DNA of 56,718 nucleotides, the filler included, from Sphacelaria rigidula (taxonomy: Eukaryota), in NCBI GenBank assembly GCA_964200075.2. It is 7 parts of 7 records of this genome, joined end to end, with 100 filler letters (N's around TTAATTAATTAA, not from the genome) between each part and the next. Parts side by side here need not be neighbours in the genome. Positions count along the whole stretch, not along the records: positions 32,469 to 40,485 come from CAXNAA020012629.1; positions 40,586 to 48,602 come from CAXNAA020012630.1; positions 48,703 to 56,718 come from CAXNAA020012631.1; 4 more parts are not named here. One strand, written 5' to 3'. A program made the position numbers and the translations under genes. A model generated the notes under the pieces. It was not told the origin of the DNA, ran no database searches, and worked only from the letters and a program-made list of their open reading frames with translations. Numbering within the stretch: position 1 is the stretch's first letter; every line of letters starts with the position of its first letter. Shown in pieces: positions 37,906 to 50,450 of the stretch.

Positions 37906-38250
37906 CGGACTAGATACCCCGTAGATCAGGAGGGTGTTATTGACCGTTTTTGGTCCAAAATAAACAATTTTTTGGCTCTTCCGCAACGAAACGGTGAATA
38001 TTCAGATAAATGAATACGTAAACAATTCTCAACAATAACGATCGAGAACGTGTTTCCCTCCTTGCATTTTCTGCGGATGACCTCTTTTCGTTTTTTTTCC
38101 GCATCAAATTTCCTATGGGCACTCGAAAGTGCTAGCGCCGATAGTATTGGCAAAATAAGCAGACCACGCTCAAACCACGATGCCCAAGTTGGTGTTGTGG
38201 GGGCGATACGGACTAGATACCCCGTTTATTAGGAGGGTGCTGTTGACCGT
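37906..38250 (+). repeat. ~44-bp direct repeat pair (37906 and 38207)
   Basis: acggactagataccccgt..at.aggagggtg.t.ttgaccgt occurs twice. Confidence 0.75.
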
Positions 38251-38619
38251 GAAGGGTCCGAGAAACACAGTTTTCCGACTTCAACGCAGTGAATAGGTGA
38301 AATAAAATAAAATAAACATTTTTGATAATTCAATTGTATGATCGGAATCGAGTCGGTCCACCGAACATACCGAAAAGCTAGAACCTGGGATTGCACTTTC
38401 GCAGGACCCCCGGAGATCGGTGAAGCTCGTGAGTCACTCAATATTGATCGCAGATATTTTTTCTTTCAAAATTTGTGAAGAGGCTCAAAATATCTCCAGA
38501 TGCCCATTTTTTGGCAGCCAACAGTCTCTGTGATGAGCGGTGGCAAGCGAAACAAATTTGGAAAATCTTTGAGCAACTAAGAAATCACGATTTTTGGTAA
38601 CTAATGACGCTGACGACTG

Positions 38620-38820
38620 TACACATATGTAATAGGTTGACTCAATTCCTTGTGTCAACACATGAGGAGAGATTCAGGCAGGAGGATCATTCACGGCGAG
38701 TGACCTCCGGCGAGGTCAGCTGACTGTACTCTTCGCCACATAGTCATGCTCCACATACTTCTCCGACTACAGTACCCGTATATCATTATCCCGGATCGAT
38801 CACCCCGAACAGCCCCTCTA
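38620..38820 (-). mobile_element. Possible polypurine tract and 3' LTR of the Copia remnant
   Basis: Minus strand reads TAGAGGGGC then TGTTCGGGG at 38811, about 1 kb downstream of the RNase H fragment. The distal LTR end is not defined. Confidence 0.35.
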
Positions 38821-39570
38821 ATCGAAACGGGATAATGATCACGAAAACTTTCACAAATTGCCAAAAATTAACAACGACCAATCAAACCTTGATTTCCTCC
38901 TTCATATCAATCATGAACCTTTCAGGTGTTTTCATTCCGAGCATTTTCCGGAAGATATCAAAGACATTCAAAATAGATTCAATTCAAAATCAATCAATGC
39001 ATTCAAGAAATTTTTCCATCAAATTTCACTTCATCTCAAAAACTTCGGAATCCGCGCCGAATACAAATTATCCTGGGGAAAATATCCTCAACGCGAAAAC
39101 AACTTTTCTTCAGAAAAATAGTTATGGCATTCATGCGCACCCTTGTAGTTATCTGCCCGTCATATGCGGGTGTACCAGACTTCCCTTCCTGGAGAATGTG
39201 GTAATGCTTCAAGACAGAATCCGCAGACGAAAATCGTACAGACTGGGCCGCCTAAGAAGCGGACTATCCTTCAGCCGGGTCCAACTAACGATCTATCGCG
39301 AGTTTTGCCTACTATGACACATCGTGGTCATCTGCAAATCAACGCGCGTCTTTCACTTCACGTAGCACTGCGATCTGACAAGGCCACCCTCAACTCTCTA
39401 TACTTTGCAAAAACTTCGTGTGAAGGCGCGAAGCAAAACCTTCCCCGATGTTTGCTTTTCGTACTGTTGCTTGAATATCAAGACGCTCTTAACTGGATGT
39501 TCAATAGTCCTCCAGCCCCCCTGCTACAGCATTCTTCCCGAGTGTATCATCATGACCATCCCCCCCCCCC

Positions 39571-39734
39571 CTTCCCCGGTTGTGCACACAGGGGGATTAA
39601 CACCAAACTCTTTTGGGCATAACATCAAAGTACGCCGAATCACCGGATAAAACGGAAACCTTCCCCGGTTATGCACACAGGGGAAAGGAACGCCAAACTC
39701 TTGTGGGCATAACATCAAAAGACGCCGAATCACC
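39571..39734 (+). repeat. Tandem duplication of ~75 bp (39571-39644, 39660-39734)
   Basis: cttccccggtt.tgcacacagggg..(a)ac.ccaaactctt.tgggcataacatcaaa..acgccgaatcacc twice. Confidence 0.85.
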
Positions 39735-39884
39735 AACTTCGCTAATGTTGCCTGCAGAAACATGACACTCAAGTCCCCGTCCGCGGTTCTTCGAAGCAGT
39801 GTACAGCAGCACCCACAATTAATGCCAGTTCATTGCACACATGGGAACAAAATCAAGAAAATCAAGACCTCAAATCCAACCGAA

Positions 39885-40090
39885 AACGAATGATCGCGGT
39901 GCCGGAAAAATTCGTCTTTGTGCAATGATTTTGTGAGAAAATCAGCGGGTGATCGACTTTACATGAATCACCCTGGACTCCCCATTGGCCACCCGTTCAC
40001 GAAAGAAGTGGTGGCGAACGTCAATATGCCTGAAGTGTGGTACGCTGGCTGGGTTATTTGCCAAGTGCCCCGCCTTATTATCACACATCC
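39885..40090 (-). mobile_element. Ty1/copia RNase H C-terminal fragment (degenerate)
   Basis: Minus translation 'CDNKAGHLANNPASVPHFRHIDVRHHFFRERVANGESRVIHVKS / ADFLTKSLHKDEFFRHRD' carries the copia DN...KHIDxRHHF...ADxLTK motifs, with a frameshift. Confidence 0.9.
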
Positions 40091-40664
40091 TATTTTGAAA
40101 AGGAAGGGAAACAATATCACCTCCGTAGGATGGTTAATCAGGTAGAATCGCTCGTCAAAAGCCTCCCCCGCAGCCAACATACCATATAACTTGCGCTCTG
40201 CACAGCGGGCGAACCGCCACGAATATTTGGTGTGATAACAACCGATCGTGAAAATCGAGGACAACGGTTTTCAATAACGATGATAAGTCGGTTTATTACA
40301 ATCTTCATATATGTGGACCATTTTTTATTTATTTTGCCTGCATTCCTTCACGTGCCGAAAGCTAACACCATTTTCTGCATGTCGTACAAGATTGATATCC
40401 GATAACCGAATTTCTGGGATCCGATGTGTATATAACAGGGTTGCCAGAAAAATGAGAACGTATTTTGAAATGAGAATCAACCGCTNNNNNNNNNNNNNNN
40501 NNNNNNNNNNNNNNNNNNNNNNNNNNNNNTTAATTAATTAANNNNNNNNNNNNNNNNNNNNNNNNNNNNNNNNNNNNNNNNNNNNCGGTATGGTATACCC
40601 CGGTAAATACCGGGGGTACGCTCGGTACGGTACCTTACCTACGGTGCCTGTGCAATACTCCTGA

Positions 40665-41070
40665 CAAGGGCGGGTGAAAAAAATATCCCTGGACCCGCAC
40701 TACCCCCCCCAGCAGCTCCTGATTTGATTTTTTTTTTCTCAAACGAGACAAGTGTTTATCAGCCTTTGGGGCGTCACTTGCTCAGCAAGACGTTGTTGAA
40801 ACAATGCGCACGAGCCGTGCGTGGTTCGTTCGTGTGTTTCATGAATAAGCTTGGATGGTGTGCCAAGGGTGGGTGAAAAAAATATCCCTGAACCCACACT
40901 ACCCCCCCCCCAGCAGCTCCTGATTTGATTTGACTGTTTTTTTTCTCAAACGAGACAACTGGTTATCAGCCTTTGGGGCGTCACTTACTCAGCAAGACAT
41001 TGTCGAAACAATGCGCACGAGCCGTGCGTGGTTCATTCGTGTGCTTCATGATTAAACTTGGATGGTGTGC
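40665..41070 (+). repeat. Tandem duplication of ~200 bp (40665-40863, 40864-41070)
   Basis: Near-identical units starting caaggg(c/t)gggtgaaaaaaatatccctg. Confidence 0.9.
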
Positions 41071-41700
41071 AGTGGTTTGAGCAGTGTCGAGTGTTGTTTT
41101 CGATTAATTTGTCAATGATAGTTCTTTGATGATCAAGATGATTCAAGCAAGCAAGTAAAAATGACTACGCCAAATGAATAACGCAGATCCTCCGGCTACA
41201 CCCCCTCAGCCACACTAGTGCGGCCGTTGCAGTGGTTGCTGCGGTCACAGACGGGTGAAGGGTTTGTGGTTCGTCGCAACTGCCCCCCTCCCCCGCCTCG
41301 ATTTTTTGCCCCAACTTATTAGTCTCGCCGCATTTTCGCGAAAAACCCTTGGCTCTGCTTATTCTGGTGTTAAGGTGCCGAACTCTAGTCATCTGACTCA
41401 CTTAGGTTTGCTAGAATTCATGATCAGGTTGCATCAAGCGGTTTATATTCGCTTCCACAGCGTACTTCAAGCCCAACACCAAACCACGACTTGCCGAGAC
41501 CGCGACTGTTTTGTTTTTTGCTGCTTGTGCTTGGGCGTGCTCTGCAAGCGAAGTGACTCTTCTCCGCCGTTCAACTCAGTCTAAAACCAAGTAACTTGTG
41601 GTTGAGCTTGGTTGCATTGAGTATATAGGATTTAGTATAGAACCGGAACCTGCCAGCCCGGTTGATATAATGTGCACTTTTGGATTTGCAGATCAAACCC

Positions 41701-42130
41701 AATTTAGACGGGATCTTACAAATAATTGGGGATGGATCTATTATTGGGGATGAGAGACCCGAAGAATTAAAATCTTCGTATCCACACCAAATCTTCGAAA
41801 TATCGTTCCATTTCTTCACATACTGATAGATTTTGACAACTGCTACACATCATGCAAATTTGGATCTCGATAACCGAAATGTCGGGGTCCTAGGTGAAAA
41901 ACTAATTTCAGCGAATTTTGGGTGTCCGAACGGACGCCAAAATTGCTCCGAAATTGGGTTCTCACCTAGGACCCCAACATTTAGGTGATCGAGATCAAAT
42001 TTCTATGGCGTGTAGCAGTTGTCAATAGCTACCAGTAGGTATAAAAATGGAGCCATATATTTCGAAGATTTGGGGTTTTTTCATCCCCAATAAAAGATCC
42101 ATCCCTAATTTGTAAGCTCCCGTGTAAATT
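41701..42130. mobile_element. Fold-back (whole-length palindromic) MITE, ~430 bp
   Basis: Arms pair along their length (ttgacaactgctacac / gtgtagcagttgtcaa; ggggtcctaggtga / tcacctaggacccc), centred near 41928. Confidence 0.85.
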
Positions 42131-42540
42131 ACTGCGCAGAAGGCCCCGCGATCACAGCTAAATACGAGAGTAAACCTCTTGACACCTGTGTGTACGAAGC
42201 ACTAGAACAACAAATCTACTGAATGTAGTTTCCAGCTGGGTAAGCTTTCGCATGGGAATGTCGTTAAAAACAGACCTCTTGATCGACCCGTGAGGAGGAA
42301 CAATAAAATACTTGTAGATACTGCGGGTCTGGTCTTCTTGGATCGAACAATGTGGTCGATATCTTCGACGAAGATCCACCGCACCCCTTGCATACGCTGT
42401 ATAATCTAAGTGCTCTGTTGTGTTGGAACTCTGTTAGTGTACAACAATATAAGTGTAGGATGACTACTAGACCAGGTACAGTAACCTGCATTAGACCCTG
42501 CCCGAGCTACAGAGGAAGCGACTCGCACACGGCATAATAA

Positions 42541-45500
42541 ATGGACGGCGAGGTGCTGGTGGGCGATCAGTATGCTTCCGATTGGGACGAATCAGACATC
42601 GGTACAGAAATCAGCGGGGAGAACAGTGGTGGTAGTTTCGACGACACTTCTCGTGTTACAGAGGTTCACCCTAGTTCACCAACGAGATGTGACAGTGAGG
42701 CTATTGATGCCACAGATGCCTGCACCGAGGAGCAGGTTGACGAGACCATCAAGCTAGCAAGTAGGATGGCGCACAAGGATAAAACCCCGCTTCACCACGA
42801 TAATCCAGATATTAATGATGGCTCGGCCGATCAGACGTTAGGCGCCGTCACTGACATGAGCGTGGATGTTGGAGGACCCGATGAGGAACATGGGAATGTC
42901 GACGGTACGCCGGATGGCGAAGAATGCGCCCTGCGTAGAACATCAAGCATGGGCTCATTCATTGCGCCTCTTTCGGAGCATAACAAGGAAGTCGATACCT
43001 TTGGACCACAGGTTAAAAATAAAGACAGCGCTCATAACAGCATTTGTGCTCATTCACCATCAGTGGAGGACGATTTTGCAGGGCGAGGTTCGCGAGATGG
43101 TGAAGGTCGGCAAGACGGCACCCAAGAGGTTCAGGAAGTGTTGCGGGTTAAAGGTCGTATCGAGACTTCGTCGGAGAATGGGGACCACGGGCTGAGATTG
43201 GACCAAGGAAGAAGCAGGGACAGTGGCACTCCTACAATGCTGCACAAAGCTAAAAATCCTGCGATGCTAAACTCGGATGCCGTGGTGCCTCACGACGCGA
43301 ATACATCATCACCAATAAAAATATCGTCGCAATCCTCCCAACAACCAACGCTACAAAAAACGACCCGAGCAGCAGAAGATGGCAGCAGCGTCGGTGCACT
43401 AGCACAGACAGTCTGTCGGGTGGAGATGGTCAATCAGGATGTGACTTCTTTGCGTTTGGAGCAATCAGTGGAGAACGCCCTCCTGCTGCAAGGCGCAGCC
43501 GACAAGACGAGCTGCAGAATCCAGGATGGGGTTTGTTCAGCAACGTCATTGTGGTCTTTATCACTGCAGCGGTGTCGATTGCCTTCCCTGTTGCCCGTGG
43601 CGGGTCTGCTGCACAATCTGAGCGTGTTGTGCTCGCTGGAGGTGAACGGCTGCACTGGTCTGATACTCACTGGATTAGAACGAGTGCTGGAGGACGCGCC
43701 TTGCCTTCGGGCCCTGACGCTTCGTAGATGCGGTATCTTCCAGTTTCAGCCGCCCCTTGCCAGCGGGTCGATTGAGGTCAGTCAGTCAATCGCTTGCGTC
43801 AGGTACCAGGTGGTGGGCATGGATGAAGTGGGAAAAACTGGAGAGGAAGACAAGGCCGCGAACGTAGCACCAAAGCCTCGTTAGATGTTGTGAAAATTAT
43901 TACAGTATGATTACTCGGTCTTTTTTTTTTCGTCGTGCGGAACATTCAAACCATGGCAGACTTTTGTTGGTGTGAGACTGATTCACTATTTTCACCTTTT
44001 CCTCGACGCTTTAGTAGACCGGCTGCTTGACTTTCTTCACCCATAAAGCTACGTGACCTATAATTGATGTAATTTTGCAGTGAGCATATTGTAGCAAGTG
44101 CCGGATAAACGCTAAAGTACCGTGGTGATAGCTCCATTTTCTGATTTGCCTGCCAGGTACGTGATATTTAGTCCAAATAACTGGTCTATTCATTCTCTCG
44201 CTCAAATCCTGGCCAGTAATATTATTTCACCTGACACGATCGTCTTCCGCTGGTTTTCGTTCGCCACACCGTTAGTCCCCCTCCTTCTTGGCATGATTCT
44301 GTAGCCTCAAACGATCAATCTGTCACTCCCCCGGTCGTGCCCAACATATTATTGTCGCGACTTGGATCAGCACTCTCGCACTACTTCCAATTTTCGTCAA
44401 ATATCGTTCGCTGGTCGCACCCTCGCGTCTTTAACGACCGAAATTGGACACTTCTGAGAACTAAACCGTATCTGGTGAGACTCGAACGCTCAACTCCGCC
44501 CCAATTGGTTTTGAGCTCCACCACTTAGACTACCGGGGCGTAGCGGTCAATGGTAGAGCGGGCAAAAGGTTTCGAAATCACCCTCGGCAACGAAGGTACG
44601 GCAGTATCGGCGTTGATCGACCATCGCTCGATTGAAAACACGGCGCCATCCTCTCGTAGACGCTTAGTGAATGATACAAGAGGAAATGGCAAACAAAACA
44701 TTTGTACGGCCCCCTGTCGTTGGACGGCACAGGTACTAGACGTGAGTCACAACGATTTAGCCAGTGCTACCGGATTGGAGACTTTGGTTCGACTGAAGAC
44801 GTTGAACCTAGAGGGAAACTGCCTTCATAGCTTGGCCGATCTTAGATCCCTCGTGCCACCAGGGACAAGCGGACTCCGGCAGTTGGATTTGACAGGAAAT
44901 CCGGTGCAGAAGGTGCCCAGGTAAGGCTCTGATACTGAGTCACGGAAATACTCCAGATAGGTTTTACCAGGTCTTGCTAGACTGTTATTTCTTCGGTGAT
45001 GCTGTGTGCACTGGCATGAGTTCATCGGAAATCCGTAGGACGGGGTGCGTGTTACTGTCTACTTCTACTACTGCCGTCGGCTGACGTCTGACGAAATTCA
45101 CGGCATGAGATGAAAATGGGTCCCTGAGTCGGACGTGTGCTCAAGGGGCTTTGTGCTGGGGTCGTAGAATGGTGGCTAGCTGTGTTCGGGGAGCAGGAGA
45201 TGGGTGCAGTCATTGCGGAGATGAGCGATGATCCTGATAGTCGTCTTCAGCAAGATTTATTGTGACGCGGTTGATCTTCTCGTTGAAAAAGTACAAACAT
45301 GAGCCGCCGGACCAACTGGTATGGTACATGTGAAGTCCGTTTCGCGCCGGGTTGAGGGTTCGAATTCCAACATGAACATTGTTTCCTCTCAGGAGTACCT
45401 GATTTTCGTCGCTGAACACGTCAGGACACGAGTACCATTTTTTTACTCAAGTTCACACGGTGCCGGAGTAGTGATCCTGTTCACGATACTGAAAATGTCA

Positions 45501-47640
45501 GACATTCATCGGGGGAGAGATGGGTTGATACGGACTCGTCCTAAGGAGAGGAGGGGCTGCAAGTATGATCAAAACAATAACAAGGGGGAAAATGCAGTGC
45601 GATACGGTTGGGATCTGTAAATGCTGGAGGGTTCATCGGCAGTGAACCTGACATAAACACACACGCACACACACAACACACAAGTCCAAAGTAGTGACGA
45701 TGTGCAACGGTTTTGACACGAACTCTTGCTTGATTGCTCTTTGCCCCTCCTTGCCCTCACGTGAAGATATCGAGCTTCGGTGGTGGCAATGCTCCCGTCA
45801 ATAGGTCTCTTGGATGGAACACCGATAGCACTACCTTGGCGGACCAGAATCGCCGCCGAAATAAACAACAGGTGCATATTACAATCGTGTTACGGACCCT
45901 TCGAAACCGGATAAACATGCCTTCGAGTATAATAACTGACGATTAGTATCCGACCAAATCGGATGGATGGTGGAAGTATGTTATGTTCTGTGAATGCGCA
46001 ACGAAGATCCTTTTATTCGTTGAAACCATGAGCAATTACGGTTTCTCGCGGGAGCGAGTCGTGATACAAGGGATACCACAAGAGACGAAAAAGAGTCGTT
46101 GGCTCACATGAGCTCTGATGGCCGACGGTATATTGCAGAGTGCGCCGTTAGTCGGTCACGCGCTGTGAACACCCTGTGAACACCCCCATAAACACTAGAA
46201 GTCTAATCGTTTGACCGATGAGAAATCGATCATTGTATCGATACACGATTTTTTCCGATTCTCATCTCATCGGCAGTGCGTCATGAATCGCTTCGCGGCC
46301 GACTGGTCAAACCCGACTATAGACATCAAAGTGAATCTACAGTACGCAAGGGCAGAAAAGTAAGGTACCCGCAAAACACGCCATACTTCACCCGGCCACA
46401 AACCGAAACCCATCTCTACATGGACGCGATCACTGTATCCCAGCAGATACGAAGCAATCCAGAAACCGTCAGTAGCTCGAGGACGTCCTGCGACCTCTCC
46501 CCACCAAAACAACTGGGGGGGTTGTAGGGGAAGGGATAGGTCTGTGGATGGCTATTGCAGCGATGGATTAGCATGGGAACAATCCAAGGGAGCTCGCCAT
46601 CAAGCCAAGGGTATGGGGATGGGCGTGGGGGGGTGCCTTGCGTCTTCCCCCGGTATTGCGAGTCCTGGGCGGGTGAGAAAATGGAAGCGTTTGTCGGTTA
46701 CAGGAAGCAGCGCGCTTCAGCGGTCACGTAGTGAATCATCGTCGACTCACGACCTCTTTGAGCGCCGCCAATCTCGAGGTAACAAACAGCAGTCAGAAAT
46801 GAAGAAAACACCGATCCAGTCACCAGTGTTTCGGACTTCGTTGTTCATTCGGTGGCCCGAGTTTCGGCTTGGAGCGCCCATGACCAGTGAATTCCCTATC
46901 ATCATACCAGTAATGTCGAAGAACTTTAGTGCCATCGCCCGATCTGTCAAATCATGACTGCAGCAGCGAACTTGCAAAGGAACGGGAGATTCCGGTGGCT
47001 GCGATCTTAAACCAAATACACCTTGCACGTGGGTCGTCTCTCGGCTGAGCGCGCTGCAGTGCTCTTTGCAACATCGTTTGCGGACGTTCGTTCTTTGTTC
47101 TTGTGCCGTGCTGTACTCTTTTTTGAATGGCGATGGCCGATTCAGGACTCCAACGCAAAGAATTACTACATACCGGGCTTGGCGGGCTTAGGTGAGCCGT
47201 GGCACTGGTCAAGACGGGGTGGGCGAAGGGGGGGAACCATTCACCAGTGGGTTCGCAGTTATTTTCTCATGAGATGAAATCGGCAATCACCGGTCACTGT
47301 ACCACGAGGAAGAACAGAAACACAACATCAAGCTAGCGAATGTTGAAGAACATATTCCATGTTGGCTCACGAGCACCGTGCATGTACGCCGATCCGTGGG
47401 TGATCGTGTGGTTCATTCAGTAAAATGCATGACGATAAACATGTACGAAGTAGTAGTGTATGATGTACCATCCCGCTAGCCTACACAACGCCGCCTACAC
47501 GGTAAGCGTGTTCCCAAATGATTCCGCCATGCCCGTACTCGCGTAGGCGTAATCTGGGGAGGTCCTCCACGAGCGCGTAGAACCTCATTCCGAGGTTCCT
47601 CCAGCGCGCCAGCCTCACCTTCAGGGGCCGCAAAAAGCAG
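42541..47640 (+). CDS. Leucine-rich-repeat protein (SDS22/U2A'-type LRRs with LRRcap) with a long acidic disordered N-terminus; exons 42541-43776, 44733-44920, 45767-45871, 46447-46778, 47547-47640; possible last exon 48461-48506
   Basis: LRR motifs 'LRALTLRRC', 'VLDVSHNDL', 'LKTLNLEGNCL', 'LRQLDLTGNPV' followed across an intron by the LRRcap 'RYRASVVAMLPSIGLLDG'. GT-AG junctions are phase-compatible (0,2,2,1). Confidence 0.85.
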
Positions 47641-49099
47641 GTGAGATCTACATTAACATATTAACACGTTATACTTCTTGCGGTTCAACCTGAAGTTACG
47701 ATTTATGCTAGGCATCACACGTGGACAATATGGCATGACTTGTGTATTGAGCAGCACTACCAGAACTTGCAGTCCCATTTCGAGTGTTATATCCAGTATT
47801 TCAGATGTCGAAACTTCACTTCCATAGGGATGGGAAACAGGCAGGTGGTTGTAAGCCCATTCGATACTGGTTATCTCACTCGAGCAACTCAGGCTAGGCC
47901 CGACCTTATCAAATTATCGGATCTTTCTTATGTTCATCGTTCACCGCATGTAGCTACCGCGACGATGCCCCCATGGACGCTTCCTGTGATCGGAGGGTCT
48001 GACTCGGTTTTTTTGGTAGCATCGTGCGTGCCGTCCTTATCGATGAGTCTCTGTGTAAGTAACTATTAAATCAAAGAGCCAGAGCCATGTCCGAATCTAC
48101 CGACCATGTGGAACTCAGAACCTTACATCAATTCTCACATAAAACCCAAGCACTGTAACCAGAATAAAACAGCAAAGAGCCACCCACAAATCAGTTACTA
48201 CCCGAGCATATCAAGGGTTCATATCCGCCCGACGGGGCTACTGCTAATCATCGAGACCCCTGCCGGCAAATACTATAACAACAGTATGGAAAGAGTGCAC
48301 CATCACCTCGATATGGATAGTTTTACGACTTGGCAAGGACTGCGGACGTGGCACAACTTCCTTCAATATACTACACTAACGGTACTACACTAACGGCGGA
48401 GCATGGTAACCGGCAAAATGATTGAAAGTTGTATGAAAATTGTGTCAAAATTGGTTGCAGGTCAGCCTTGAGGAGGGTAGACCGATGTGTTACATTTCGC
48501 GGTTGACGGATACTAGCTATTCAGACCCCCCCCCCCCAGCCGTGGGTCGTAACGACTTCCTGATCAACGGCCCAAATGACCCGACGAAACAAAAATCAAT
48601 AGNNNNNNNNNNNNNNNNNNNNNNNNNNNNNNNNNNNNNNNNNNNNTTAATTAATTAANNNNNNNNNNNNNNNNNNNNNNNNNNNNNNNNNNNNNNNNNN
48701 NNGAGTTGACTCATTATACTAAAACCAAGTAATTTCCAGACGAATCATTATTTGTCCGACCTTGAAAACTACAGAACAGCAGTGGAGCCACCGACTTTGT
48801 CCACGAGGTCACCAGCGCGTGTCATCCTTCGAACCTCTTCGAGAGCACATTGTCTCTGATTACCTTGTAGTCCATATTTTTGATACTGGTGACACCAGTA
48901 AGTAAAACGGCACATGGCAACTCAACATAATGCATACTATGGTTGGGTGTGGTATGGCGGTGCTTGCTGGCGTGGCGCTGAACTTGCGCTTACATCGCGT
49001 GCGTAGTATGATGGCGTATGCACACTCTTCTTGAACCCATGTATCATATCATGCGACTATCACATATGCTAATCTCAAACTCATTGTGGTACAAGTTGA

Positions 49100-49358
49100 G
49101 CGTGTGACGGTCGTGACGTTCACTCAGACGTCACAAACCTATGGTAATGTGACATGTAACGTTTATTGCGACGTGCAACATTTCAAAATACGTTACTGTG
49201 GCGTATAAGAAAAAAAAACGTCATACCACAGCACATTTTTTCACCGGTACGTTACGTTACGTCACATTTGTGACGTATTCCAAAAACATACGTCACGTTA
49301 CGTCACACCCTTGTGACGTACGTTTGTGACGTGTAACATGTAACGTAAAGAGTCCCGG
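49100..49358. repeat. Cluster of GTGACGT/ACGTCAC and GTTAC motifs, typical of a DNA-transposon subterminal region
   Basis: More than 10 short motif copies in both orientations within 260 bp. Confidence 0.55.
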
Positions 49359-50096
49359 AAATTTCATATACATGTCTTCGCGGCCGAAAATGTTTTGGTT
49401 GGAAATTCATGGGTTTTTTGCGAATCTCTTAATTTCTGGTTTTTCCTCAACTGGTGTCTAAATGGAATGAACTTTAGTTCTAAAAATTCCAATATCTGAC
49501 GCTGTAATTGAAGAAGTATGGTCAATCAGTATACCTACTTGTCAGTCAGACTAGGTAACACTACTTCATCAGCAGTGGTATCCCAAATTAATCCATCAGG
49601 AGCAATAACACAATTTTCTTGACTCATTGGAAAATGTCTCCATTAAGTTGTTATAGTTTTTGCTGTAGCAATTGCTTCATCAAAATAAGGTTTAAAAATT
49701 CTGGTTTAAAAAACATTTCAAGACTTTCTAAAACAGTCTCGCGTAATCTTTCATACTTAGCTTTTTGTGCTTCTTTACTTTTAAATTCAATATGTAATTC
49801 TAGAAGTGGATTCTTTTTTTTCCGTCTTCTTTGTTCTTTTGCTGCTTAACAATAACATATTTTGAAAGTTCAATGACTATTGAACAATTTTGAGCAAAAA
49901 GAGAGAGTTCATTAGAGCATCTTCTAGGAAAATAAAACTTGTATAAAAAAATTTCGTAAAAAAAAGTCATTACAAACATATTTGTATATTCATTAAAAAT
50001 ATATATTTAATATTTTCCATGAATTTACAATTGAAAGTTAGGACACCTCAAACCTTCCAAGAACGTTTTCTATGAACGATAAGATTACTTACTTTA

Positions 50097-50160
50097 GCCA
50101 AGGTGGTGACATTGGTATCCAATCCTTTGATGTTTAGGGGTTCAGCTCCCCTCTTTGGTA
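50097..50160 (+). pseudogene. Degenerate organellar tRNA (Leu-like) with the D/anticodon region partly deleted
   Basis: Acceptor stem GCCAAGG/CTTTGGT-A; T arm AGGGG-TTCAGCT-CCCCT; Leu-like 5' TGGTGACATTGGTA. It abuts the rps12 ATG. Confidence 0.65.
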
Positions 50161-50450
50161 ATGCCAAGTATTAATCAATCGGTCCGTGCACTTAGGGGTT
50201 TAAAAAAAAAAAGGTGAAATGTCCGAGTCTTCGTGGTTGTCCTCAAAAAAAAAGAGTTTGTTTCAAATTCATTATTTGTTCTCCTAGAAAGCCAAATTCC
50301 GGTCGACGTAAAGATACTAAGGTACGCTTATCTGATGAGATAAAATCAACGGCTTATATTCCTGGTCAAGCGCATAATTTACAAGAGCGTTCTCAAGTTT
50401 TAGTTCCAGGAGGTCGTATACCTGATCTTCCTGGTGTAAAATATCGTCTA
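50161..50450 (+). pseudogene. rps12: Mitochondrial-type ribosomal protein S12 pseudogene (frameshift in A11 run, 3' truncated)
   Basis: [15 protein letters not shown] / [16 protein letters not shown]...[15 protein letters not shown]....TAYIPG..HNLQE.S.VLV.GGR..DLPGVKY. Divergence is mitochondrial-like rather than plastid-like. Confidence 0.93.

Larger units (their letters stand above)
49370..50450. other. Nuclear insertion of mitochondrial DNA (NUMT), AT-rich and probably mosaic
   Basis: Abrupt AT-rich segment containing a tRNA remnant and rps12. The left part has a broken Lys/Glu-rich reading frame on the minus strand. Confidence 0.75.

Noticed and set aside
44535-44590. tRNA-like A/B box sequence
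   Set aside because: Too short, with no anticodon arm or acceptor pairing; at most a decayed SINE head.
45183-45378. Possible solo LTR or tRNA-derived SINE in the LRR gene intron (TGTTC...GAACA; gggttcgaattcc)
   Set aside because: No TSD and no cloverleaf; cannot be supported from one copy.
46276-46527. 83-aa ORF as an exon of the LRR gene
   Set aside because: Its phase is incompatible with the preceding exon; the acceptor at 46446 in another frame gives a continuous reading frame.
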